Below are positions 11,701-23,700 of a DNA stretch of 64,000 bases, in pieces. Source of the stretch: Mobula birostris. Taxonomy: Eukaryota. The number at the start of each line of letters is the position of its first letter. Positions within the stretch are counted from its first letter, which is position 1. The position numbers and the translations under genes are program-made. The notes beneath the pieces are model-generated. The model saw nothing but the letters and a program-made list of their open reading frames with translations. It had not been told where the DNA came from and made no database searches. Location of the stretch: positions 4,593,079 to 4,657,078 of the forward strand of contig NC_092377.1 of NCBI RefSeq assembly GCF_030028105.1. Reading direction: 5' to 3'.

Positions 11701-14700
11701 TCACGTGGAGGTTCCTGCCCTACAGAGACACGTCCAACAGCAGCTTCACCCTGACAGTCACAGACGTGGTGCACAGTGATTCTGCCGTCTATTACTGCAG
11801 AGTGTGGGGAGACATCCACGGGAATGGCACCCAGCTCATCGTAACCAGTGAGTACAAGTTCTATTTATTCAGCAGTGTGTTCCTGCATTGGGAGTTATTC
11901 CACCACCACTCACTTCCCGTGGCTGGGCACATTGTACTGAAGAACACACAGTGTAATACTGGAGCCCCACCACTGGGACACAATCCAGAGCACTGTGGCC
12001 CCTAACTCATGGGTGGGGAGCACCAACATGGTGACTGACCGTCTGCTCTGTGTGTCCAGTTGGATATTTGAAAATAAATTTCAATGCGGAGTGTGTTATC
12101 ACAGGAGAGAAAAGGAGAAACTGTTCAGTGTTCAGAGTCATAGATCAGGGTCTCTTAAATCTCAACCATCTCTCCTAAATGCTCCGAAAATAAGACATAA
12201 GAACATAAGAAATAGGAGTAGGAGTAGGAGGAGGCCGTCTGGCCCATCGAGCCTGCCCCGCCATGCAAAAAGATCATGGCTGATCTGTCTGTAAGCTCAG
12301 CTCCATCTACCTGCCTTTTCCCCATAACCCTTAATTGCCTTACTATGTAAAAACCTATCTAACTGTGCCTTAACTATATTTAGTGAGGAGGCCTGAACTG
12401 CTTCCCTGGGCAGAGAATTCTACAGATTCACCACTCTCTGGGAAAACAATTTCTCGTCATCTCCGTCCTAAATCTTCTCGCCTGAATCTTGAGACAATGT
12501 CCCCTGGTTCTCGTGATAAGACGATAAAACGATAAGTGATGCAGAATCAGTTAACACTTTTAAACAGCATCTCAAAAACCTATTTATTTAACTTGCATTT
12601 AATAAAGATCTTTTCAAAGTTCAAAGTAAATTTATTATCAAAGACCACATATGTCGCATATTCAACCCTGAAATTCATTTTCTTGTGGGCATACCCAATA
12701 AATCCAGATTGCAATAGCAACTCTTGTTGCGTGAATGAAATCGCAGAAGTAAATTACTGGTAGATACAAAGCAGCTTCTTTATTCGACAAAACAAGGTAC
12801 AGAAGGCATCATATAGAGATGCTTTCGGTGGGAAAGTCTGCCGGCCCAACGTGGGGCTCGATATTTATTTGCTAAACACAAAGGACAATTCCATATTACA
12901 AAGTATAGACAATGCTTTTTTTGAAACTACATACAAACTTCACACCTTCTGATTCGTGGCCTTCCCACAGACGCCAGCATCATCTAGACTGGGGTCCAGA
13001 GTTTTTTGGAATGCACCATTCCAAATTAAATCTACAATACATTGTCAAGGAACAGAAGACAGGTAACCAAAGCCATTTGCTAAATATAAATGACCTAAAG
13101 CCAAAAATCACTCTAACAATAACAATTATAGAGACAATGAAAGACTGCACCAACTTGGTGTTGGATGCAAGATGGCGTCGGAGAATCACGGCGACCCTCT
13201 CCGGGCTGTGTGCATCTTTTTGTCGTTAATTTTCATGTTCATGTTTATTTCTTTAATTTTATTTTTATGTTTCCCACTTATCTCATTTTAAAGCCCTTTG
13301 AACTACGTCATCTGTATGAAAAGTGCTCTATAAATGTTATTATTCTTATTACAGATGACACTGTGCAAAGGTGCCTGACTAAAAGCCCTGGAGAAGAGAA
13401 TTCTGGGTGGTGATGGATTTAAATGAACCAACTCTCCCTCTTCATTCAAACTTATTGATAATTCTACCACTCACTAAACAGAAGTTTAGGAACCACTTCC
13501 ATGGGGTTCTGGATAGCTTTGTCCCATTGAGTCAGGGAAAGGAAGGGAGGGTGAAGGAACCATGGTTGACAAGAGAAGTGGAACATCTGGTCAAGAGGAA
13601 GAAGGAAGTACACTTAAAGTTTATGAAATAAAACATCAGACGGGGCTCTTGAGAGTTATAACGCTGCCAGAAGCAATCTTCAGTTGGGACTTGGGAGAGC
13701 TGGAAGGAGCCTTGGCGAGTAGGAATAAGGAAACCCACAAGGCATTCTACACACACCTGAGGAACAGGAGAATGACTAGACTGAGGGGTGGACCAATCAG
13801 GGATAAAGGGAGAAATATTATCAACCGATGCAACGTGGTCTTCAGAATTCTCTCCAAACTATAACAGACCCCATGACTGTAGGGCAGCCAAACCTTTAGA
13901 ACCAGCCAGATATCACTGACTTCAGTAAAGAGGCTGTAAATTATTCTTGTGGTTAACATTCATTTAAATTTTAGAAATTGTTAAATGCTGGGGAAATATA
14001 CTGCCTTGTATTGAGCTCCATAAATATACATTAATGTCTACATATCCAACACACAGATCCCGCGGATGATCCCGTCCTTGTGCAGGATCCACCAATCAGC
14101 AAGGTGCCGGAGGGTGTAACTGTCCAGCTCCACTGTGCCTTGTATAATGCCAGTGTGAATGTCACCGATGTCCACTGGTACCACCAGCGGCCTGGGAACA
14201 AGAGCGAGTGGGCGTTGAGTCACTTTGTGAATGACTCTGTGAGCAGGTCTGGGTATATCTCTGATCGTTTTCAGTCTTACAGGAATGTCGTGAGTAACAG
14301 TTACATTCTGACCATCAGCAACACATCTATTAGTGACACTGCAGTGTACAACTGCAGAGTGTGGAGTTACATCTACGGAGGAGGAACACAGCTCAATGTA
14401 ACTGGTAAGTCAACGTCAGTTCACACTGACAATAACAGCATCTCAGTATTCAACCTTCACACGATGACTGTCAGACACAGGGGGTTCTGTAATGTCCCCA
14501 GTAGAACAGAGAGTTGGATGGTTTTCCCTGGAGTGTAAACTGGGAACAGTTGGGAAATAGAAAAGTGGGAAAGGACAAGTAGTCTGGAATAATATAGAAA
14601 ATTTTGGCAAATCTTTTGTGGATGAACAAGTTTTTCTCTGTAGCTCAGTACACGTGACAATTGTTACAAGAATCACTCCTTATAATAATGCTCAGTGACT

Positions 14701-17700
14701 CATAGAGAATCTGCAGTTACCAACAAGTAACTTTTATTATTTCAAGTAAAAAGCAGGTGGGTTCACACTCTTATCTACCTGTGTGTTCCCCACTAGAACC
14801 ACTGACATTCCATGCACAGTCAATGAAGAGGAATGGTATTACCTGGGAAAGGAATCTGGGGTGGCCAGGAGTTTCTCGTGGTCCCAATCTCCTCCTGTCC
14901 ATGGGGTCCTCTGTATCTGCAATGGTTGCTTTCTGGCTGCTGGAGAGTTATCGCCCCTGTGTGTATGGGTCTCCTGCGTCTTACACCGTTCCTCACCATT
15001 TGAACCATTGGATCTCCATCCCATTAGCTCAAGGTCACTTGACCTACCCGGGTCACCTTCTTACTGGTCACTGTACAGGAGCTACAGCCAACATCGTTTC
15101 ATGGTTCTGCCCATCCCAGATTTGAGTACTTGTGCCTTTACACTCTGGCTGGTCCACACCAGTTAAATGAGGCAACCCAGGCAGCATCTAATGAGATTAC
15201 AGATTATTTCTTTGGTAGGTCTGACAGTTTACATAACAAGTAGCTACTCCTCTTATAATGGTCTCAGCTTTAGCAGATCATTACCTGAAGCTTCCTGTGT
15301 CCACGTTCAGTTGCTCTGATTAGATTATCCAACAGCAAGAATCAGTTCGGAGTCCACAAATTGTGGGGAAACAAAACAACTGGCTTGTCCGTTACTTCTG
15401 GTCAACATCTCCCTCCTTTTGATCCAAAGATATTTATCTTAGGATCATCATCCTCCTCTCCTTCAGTTGACGCTCCATAGGACAGCCATGGAACCCCAGT
15501 AGGTGTGCAACACTTACATTCCAGAAATAATATTAACATTTACTAACTAAATTCACCACTTTATACTGACAATCATGTCTGCTGTTTCATGAGAGCATTA
15601 TCCTCAATTTTTGCCAGCATTTCAGCCTTCCATCTTCTCAGTTGATATTCATTGAGCAACACAATTATCAGGGTACATTAAATTAGTATTACAGCATCAT
15701 ATGGTACTATTCTTACCCATGGATGTAATTGAACATTTGGCCCCCAATTCCAAACCTTAGTCCAAAAGCCTGGATCACTCAGTATTTCATTTGCCTTACC
15801 AGCATGAGTTTTAATAACCTTAGTGTGTTCATTCCATTGATGGATGATCTCCCTTGCCTCCTCCACAACACGTGTCCAGTCTGCAGTTAAGTGAGGAATT
15901 GGTGGCAACTCAGTAACAACATAGTCCCACAGATACTCATCTGTATCAGTGCATTGGATCTTGAAGTTCTCCTTCAATACTGTGTATAATACAAATTTGA
16001 CTCCTCCATTTCTATGTCCGTTGAGAAGATATGTTTTTTTGCTCACTGAGTGTTTTCCAAGCCATGATATCACTGTTGACATGTTTGTCCGCTGTTCTGG
16101 CTCTGGAACAAGATTGACCATGGCCCCAGTCATGGTTAATTCCATTGCAACAAAATACATTATTCTCTTCATGTTGAATTAAACCTGTAACACACAAGGG
16201 TAATGTCTGCTCTTATTTCCAGTTTAAATCTTAAATTATTTTAAGTCCATTTTTGTTTTTCTAGACCATCTGATCTGGACTCTCAATTGTTTTTGGATTC
16301 AAGGCATCCATTTTTCCTCACCCAATTTTGTTTCAGGATAGGATGAACAAGCACTGGCATATTTTCTTCCTCTTTGATTTTTTGACAAAGCTCCCCTGGT
16401 TCTCAGGATGAGGGAACTGAAAATCACCCCCGTGATAGGACCTGCCCCATCTTCTTGGAACAGTTGTTCCATCCGCAAATCTCCCAAATCAAGGCTATCA
16501 TGTGCATCAATTGTTACGTGCCAATGGTGTTAACATTCCTGTTAACCCCATATCAACCAGCTTCAGCTTTTGTCTGGAGAAGTCAGTACTTTGTACACTG
16601 ATGGACTTGTTTTGTCTACAATTTCATAGGACCCTGCGAACCTTAGATTTTAAAATAAGGTGGGTTGGTTTATTCTAATTATCACTCTTTCTATGGGACT
16701 GACTTTTGAGTCAAAATAGGCTTTACTCCGTTGCTACTTCTTTCCTATTCGGTGGGTTACCACATAATTGGCCGCCTTCACTGTCTCTACCAATTGTGGT
16801 ACCCATTTTACTGACATAATCCCATCTTTCCCAACAGGAATTAGAAAAGGTGAGTCAAAAGGGTAGTGTTATGGTAGTCATGGGAGATTTTAACATGCAG
16901 GTAGATTGGGAAAATTAGGCTAGTAATAGATCTCAAGAGAATGAGTTTGTTGAAGGCCTAAGAGATAGCTGTTTAGAGCAGTTTGTTGTTAAGCTTACTA
17001 GGGGATCAGCTATACTGGTTTGTGTGTTATGTAATGAACCGGAGGTGATTAGGGAGCTTTCAAAAATCTTTGGAGTCTGGCATGTTGCCTAAGGACTGGA
17101 AAATTGCAAATGTTGCTCTTCTTTTAAGAAAGGAGGACGGCAGCAGAAAAGAAATTATAGACCAGTTAGCCTGACCTCAGTGGCTGGGAAGGTGTTGGAG
17201 TCAATTGTTAAGGATGAGGTGATGGAGTACTTGGTGACACAGGACAAGATAATACAAAGTCAGCATAGTTTCCTTCAGGGAAAATCCTGCCTGACGAACC
17301 TGTTGGAATTCTTTGAGGAGATTACAAGTATAATAGATAAAGGGGATGCAGTGAATGTTGTATATTTGGACTTTCAGATGGCCTTTGACAAGATGCCACA
17401 CATGAGGTTGCTTACCAAGCTCAGAGCCCATGGTATTACAGGAAAGTTACTAACATGGGCAAAGCGCTGGCTGATTGGTAGGAGGCAGCAAGTAGGAATA
17501 AAATGATCCTCTTCTGGTTGGCGGCCAATGACTAGTGGTGTTCTTCAGGGGTTGCTGTTGGGACCACTTTTTTTATGCTGTATGTAAATAATCTAGATGA
17601 TGGAATAGATGGCTTTTTTGCCAAGTTTGCAGATGATATGAAGATTGTTGGAGGGGCAGGTAGTGTTGAGGAAACAAGTAAGATGTATGAGGACTTAGAC

Positions 17701-20700
17701 AGATAAGGAAAATGGGCAAGAAAGTGGCAAATGAAATACAGTGTTGGAAAATGCATGGTCATGCACTTTGGTGGTAGAAATAAATGTGCGGACTATTTTC
17801 TAAACAGGGAGAAAATACTGGAATCTGAGATGCAGAGGGACTTGGGAGCCCTTGTGTAGAACACCCTGAAGGTTAGCTTGTAGGTTGAGTCGGTGGTGAG
17901 GAAGGCAAATGCCATGTTAGCATTCGTTTCCAGAGGTCTAGAATACAAGAGCAAGGATGTGATGCTGAGGTTTTATAAGGCACTGGGGAGGCCTCACCTT
18001 GAGCATTGAGAACAATTTTTGGCCCCTTATCTCAGAAAAGATGTGCTGGCATTGGAGAAGGTCCAGAAGAGGTTCACAAGGATGATTCCAGGAATGAAAG
18101 GATTATCATATGAGGAACGTTTGATGGCCCTGGGTCAGTACTCGCTGGAATTCAGAAGGACGTGGGGGGGGGGGTGGGATCTCACTGAAACCTTTTGCCA
18201 CCCAATTTTGCCAATTTGTGGCTGCCACTCCTGCCCAAATAAAGCACCTTGCTTCACCAATTTGTCGGCCTTTCTATTTCTCTCAGGAGAGAATGTTGAA
18301 AGGCCTAGACAGAGTAGATGTGGAAAGGCTGTTTCCCATGGTGGGAAGACAAGAGGGCATAACCTCAGAATAGAGGGGCACCCTTTTAAAACAGAGATGC
18401 GGATAAATTTCTTTTGCAAAAGAGTGATGAATTTGTGGAATTTGTGGAATTTGTTGTGGAGGCCAGGTCAATGGTTATATTTGAGGCAGAGATTGACAGT
18501 CTCTTGATTGGACATGGCGTCAAAGGTTACGGGGAGAAAGCCAGGAACTGGGGTTGAGGAGGAGATAGAAAAAAAGGATCAGCTACGATTGAATAGCAGA
18601 CCAGACCTGATGGGCCAAGATGGCCTAATTCTGTTCCTATGTCTTATGGTCTTGTGGTCTATGGTTTCAGGATCTGACAAATCTAATCCTATCAGCTCCT
18701 CTATTCATCTTATGTCCATTCTGGTTATGAGCTTATAAGGGGCATAACCTGTAGAAGATGGCACTGTATTCCTTTATTATCATCAGTACATAGGGCAAAA
18801 CTTCCTGTTGTTGCTATGATGTTCCATGTTGTTGCACCATTTTTGCAATAATTTTTTATAGTGTTTGATTCATCGCCTCCACAATTCCATGAGACTGTGG
18901 TCTATAGAGTATATGAAATCTCTGCTTGATCACTTAAAGTATCATGACACCCTGCATTATCTGGTCTGTGAAATGTGTGCCTTGATCCGATTTGATACTA
19001 TGGGGTAATCCCTAGTGAGTGAATATCCTTTCCAATAAGATTTTTGCAGTGGCCTTTGCTGTGTTTGTCTTAACCAGGAAAGCTACCACCTACTTTGTAA
19101 AGGTATCTATTACTACCAGAATATATTTGTATCCTCCTGGGGTGAGTGGTAAAGGACCAACATAATCTATCTGCAAATTAGTCCCAGGCCCTTCCATTGT
19201 CTGGTGTGTTGAAAGGCTCCTTTCTTTACATTTCTATTAAGATTATATTGTTTACAAATCAAACAATTTTTGAGATAATGCTCCACGTCATCCTTTATCT
19301 TTGGCCACCAGCACACTTCCTTGATCTTTTCCAGGCTGGATTCACACCCCTGGTGTCCCCATGGTACCATTGGATCACTTGGTTTCTTCCTCCCTCTGGA
19401 ACCACAAGCTTTCCTTCATGTAGGAAAACTCCATCTTTGACATCCTTGTGCTCTTTGTATATTTCAGACCCTGCACATATAATCAATTTTTAAAATTCTT
19501 TATCTTTCTTCTGTTGTTTCTGTTGTTGTTTCTTTCTGCTGTTAAATCCATAACCTTAATGTATTCTTCCTTCTGCCTCCCAATCTCACCAATCTGTGGC
19601 TGCCATTCCTGCCCAAATGAAGCACCTTGCTTCACCAATTCGTCAGCCTTTCTATTTCCCTCAGGAGATAATTTAGAGTGGGCTTTCTTTTCCCTTTGCA
19701 TCTTCAAATATGTATTGTAATAAAGCAGCAGATGCTTCCTGTCAGCTGAAACAAACCCACAGAGGCAAATGTTCTGTAAGGCTGTTACAGACGTACATAC
19801 TGTCAGAGTGTATGACTGACCCTGGCGGAAAATGTTCTGTGTGGCTAACCACATATGCTACACTGCCAATTCTGTTGCCTGTGCAATCATAGAAGAAGAA
19901 GAAGAAAGCCCTTAACTCCGAGTGGAATCATCGGGACGCCGTCATGATGGCGTTTTTTTTTAGCAGGCTTTCTTATTTTTACGAAGCCGAGTTGCCAGCT
20001 CTTGTTTCATTACGTGTGCTTTTTTAAGGTTTACGTTTAGTCCCAATGCAAATAATAATTGCAACAGTTCTGTCAATAGCTGATAATGTTCCTGCTTGGT
20101 TTCAGTCTGCAGGAGTAGATCTACATATTGTACCAAGCACTTGGGTTTTGAAAACCATTTTAAACCTTCAAATAAGCGTTGGTGAAATATAGATGGGGAA
20201 TTATAGAACTCCTGTGGTAGGACAGTCCATGTATACTATTGTTCCTGAAAGGTTAATGCAAACTTGTATTGACACTTTCTTTCTAGTGGGATTGACTAAA
20301 GTCCATTATTCATGTCACAAACTGTGATTCATAAAAACATAGAAACATAGAAAATAGGTGCAGGAGTAGGCCATTTGGCCCTTCGAGCCTGCACCGCCAT
20401 TCAGTATGATCATGGCTGATCATCCAACTCAGAACCCTGTACCAGCCTTCCCTCCATACCCCCTGATCCCTTTAGCCACAAGGGCCATATCTAACTCCCT
20501 CTTAAATACAGCCAATGAACTGGCCTCAACTGTTTCCTGTGGCAGAGAATTCCACAGATTCACCACTCTCTGTGTGAAGAAGTTTTTCCTAATCTCGGTC
20601 CTAAAAGGCTTCCCCTTTATCCTCAAACTGTGACCCATTGTGATTCATTGTGCTCTTTCATTCTGTTTGACCGCTGTACCCGGCAAGTTGCTACAGTTAG

Positions 20701-23700
20701 GGCTGTTAACGGGGTTCCTTCATTCAGCTCTCGATAGTCTATTGTCAACCTCCAACTACCATCTGGTTTCCTCACTGGCCATATGGGTGAGTTATTAGTG
20801 GAGGCAATTGGCCTCAGTACCCCTTGTTGTACTAAATTCTGTTTTATTGTGCAGATGGTAGCACTATATCCCGTTGGTAGCGTGTCGGTGGGAGTTCCTC
20901 GGGAAATGGTGCTTTGTAATTATTGTAACCGTATCTCGTAGCTTCATCTGCTAAATCATTCCAATCAGTGTCTCCATATTCACCTTCCTCTCCTTTTTCA
21001 GATCCAAAAGCACATTTTATTCCTCACTGTGCAGCAAGTTGGTCCTGCAGCTTTTGAATGTGCTTTAAACACTTTGCATGATCACCACTGTTACTCTTCC
21101 TTTCCTGTGCTGATTTCTGAATCACATTCAAAGCCGTCTTTAAATCACTGCACTGTTTCCTTAATCCTTCCACTTCATCCTTCACTTGTTCGGCTGCTTC
21201 CTCCAGTTTACTCTTGTCTGTAAGTAATTTCTCACACTTCAACTGAAATGGTTCGTGTGCATCAAGCCCATACCTCTCTGACCCTGTAAATCAGTAACCC
21301 TTTCTCGATAGGTTTCTACCTCCTTCTGGAGCCTTTTGCAGACATCCCACCCTGCAAGAACTCATTTCAGGGAGGTAGTATCATCAATTTGCGAGAGACT
21401 CCCGGAAGTTCTGGGAGAGGTGGGATGTGTGCATTAGAGTAGCTCCTTAGCAGCTAGCCAGGTAGTTTAAATAATGTTAGCTATATTAATGAATGAATGA
21501 CACCTGTTAAACTCACCTCAACATACCTTTTACATTTTAACCCACCATGGGCAAAGAAAAGTCACTGTTGCAAACAGTGCAGTGAGAAACACTGTCATGA
21601 TTTTTGACCCCTATTAGGCAGGGGTACACTTTAGTGTCGTCTGGGGTGACGTACGTTTTATATTTTCTTTTTTTGGAACACTCCGCCACTCTGACTTTTT
21701 TTGGAACTCTCTCGCTTGTGGTCTTGCTTTCGCTCGCTCTCTTTCGCGCTCGCTCTCTCTCGCTTGTGGCCACTCTCACTCGCGCTCGCTCTCGGGCTTG
21801 CTTTCTCACTTTTGCTCTCTCACTCGCGCTTGCTTTCTCGCTCTTACTCTCGCTCGCTCTCTCTCGCGCTTGCTTTCTCGCTCTCTCTCGAGCACTCTCT
21901 CTCAGAAAAATTGATTTCTGTGATATTGTATATAATTTGTGGGCATCAGGGAGCCACTATTAATATGCAGGAGACTCCCGGAACTTCCGGGAGAGGTGGG
22001 ATGTCTGCTTTTGTGTTCTCCGTTTAACCTCTCTTGCTCGGCTTCTGCTTTATGCTGATATTCTACAATTTCCTGTTGTAACCTCCCTCATGTGGCTTCT
22101 GCTTTTTGCCGATATTCTAGGATTTCCTGTTGATACCTATCTCGTTCGGCTTCAGCTTTTTGCCGCTATCCCAGGATTTCCTATTGTAACCTCTCTCGCT
22201 TCGCTTCAGCTTTTTGCCAACATTCATTTTCCGAGTCTAATCTGTGCTGTTTCGCTTTAGCATTTTGTTGTAATTCTATCAAATCCTCAATTAAACACCC
22301 AGCTGCTACTGTTCTTTTGTAATTGTTTAAACTTCCTGCTCGACAGCTTCCCTTGGGCGATTTTCCACAGATCATCACCAGCAGTTTTCCCTTCACAGCC
22401 AGGGTGACCCACAAACTCCTCGTACTGTGGCCACTTCCCCAACACGTATTTCTGGAGGTATCCCCTCCAAACAAAACAATCCAAGTCCTTTGGACTTGCA
22501 GAATTTCCTGAATTCATCATCCTGGGTTTGTAACCACTAACTGCCTAGCCCCAGATCAATATAACTCACCCACGAGATCCGACTCAAGTCTCCCTCTGAA
22601 CAAAAAGATTTATCCTCGAACCCACCCAGGGATGTCAATTCTGTTACAGAAATCACCCTTTGTAATAATGATCAGTGAGGCACAGGGAATCTGTAGTTAC
22701 TGACAAGTAACTTTTATTATTTCAACTACAAAGCTCATGGGTTCACACTTTTATCTACCTGTGCTGCCTACTAGAACCCCTGACACTCCATGAACAGTCA
22801 ACGAAGAGGAAAGGTATTACTCGGGAAAGGAGTCTCCGTTGACCAGGCGTTCCTCATGGTCCTGATCTCCACCTGTCCGTAGGGTCCTCCTTATCTGAGA
22901 TGGTTGGTCTCTGGCTCCTCGAGAGTTATCGCCCCTGAGTCTTATACTGTTCCTCATCAATTGAATCATTGGACCTCCATCCCACTGGCTCAAGTTCACG
23001 TAACCTACCTGGGTCACTTTCTTACCGGTCATTGTACAGAACTACAACCAACGTCGTTTCATGGTTCTGCCCATCCCAGCCTTTACATTCTGGCTGGTCC
23101 AAACCAGTTAAATGAGGCAACCCAGGCAGAGCCTAACGAGATTACAGGTTGCTTCTTTGGTAGGTCTGGCATTTTACATAACAAGTAGCTACTCCTCTGA
23201 GAATAGTCTCAGGTTTATTGCTCTGATTAGACTGTCCAGAATCAAGAATCGGTTCAGAGTCCACACCCTTTACAGAAAGAGTGGCTACTTGTTTGAGAAT
23301 AGTCTCAGGTTCAGCAGATCATTTCCTGAAACTTCCCATGTCCACATTCAGTTGTTCTGATTAGATTATCCAAGAGCAAGGATCAGTTCAGAGTCCATAA
23401 AAATGGGGGAAACAAAGACAACTGGTTTGTCTGCTTCCCCTGTCCTTGATCAGTCAGTAGTTTCTTCCTTCAGTTAGTCCTGACGAAGGGTCTTGGCCTG
23501 AAACATCGACTGTACCACTTCCCAGAGATGCTGCCTGGCCTGCTGTGTTCATCAGCAACTTTGATGTGTAACAACCTTATGTTTCTTGCAACGGTGCGAT
23601 CCCGAGGACGTTCCAGTTCATGTGCAGTATCCACCTATCGTTGAGCCAATTCTGAGTTCACTTCACTTTGCATCAGTCTTCACTGTGAAAGACACTAGCA

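Larger units (their letters stand above)
9330..14661 (+). repeat. Intragenic segmental duplication, unit A (contains V2 and V3)
   Basis: Colinear with 25978-35858, including shared junctions between unrelated repeat fragments and both exons. Confidence 0.88.
14662..23433 (-). mobile_element. Degenerate endogenous retrovirus (LTR-gag-RT-RNaseH-IN-env-LTR), antisense in the V3-V4 intron
   Basis: LTRs at 22642-about 23433 (5', end truncated) and 14662-15407 (3'). PPT aaaaggagggaga at 15408-15420; PBS at 22616-22637. RT motifs NSPIWPVRKPDGSWRLTIDYRELN (about 20660-20900) and YKFALTF..YTWTVLPQEFYNSP..YVD (about 20090-20330). RNase H AHS....GN..AD (about 19570-19860). IN HHCC (19167-19486) and GLPHSIKSDQGTHF (about 18960-19030). 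Env-like ORF 15678-16172. Confidence 0.85.

Noticed and set aside
11770-11780. CACAGTG heptamer inside V2/V4 framework 3, and CACTGTG inside V3/V5
   Set aside because: Explained by codons (His-Ser-Asp; His-Cys-Ala); no nonamer at 12 or 23 nt.
11947-11986. RSS-like CACAGTG, 24-nt spacer, ACACAATCC (7/9 nonamer) about 100 bp into the intron after V2
   Set aside because: The spacer is 24 rather than 12 or 23, it lies downstream of an already joined J rather than at a coding end, and the nonamer is degraded in the V4 copy (gcacgatcc). Treated as chance.
21537-22027. Long hydrophobic or Arg/Glu-rich ORFs (LALSRA..., ERERARK...)
   Set aside because: Translation of a (CT/CG)n low-complexity tract inside the transposon.
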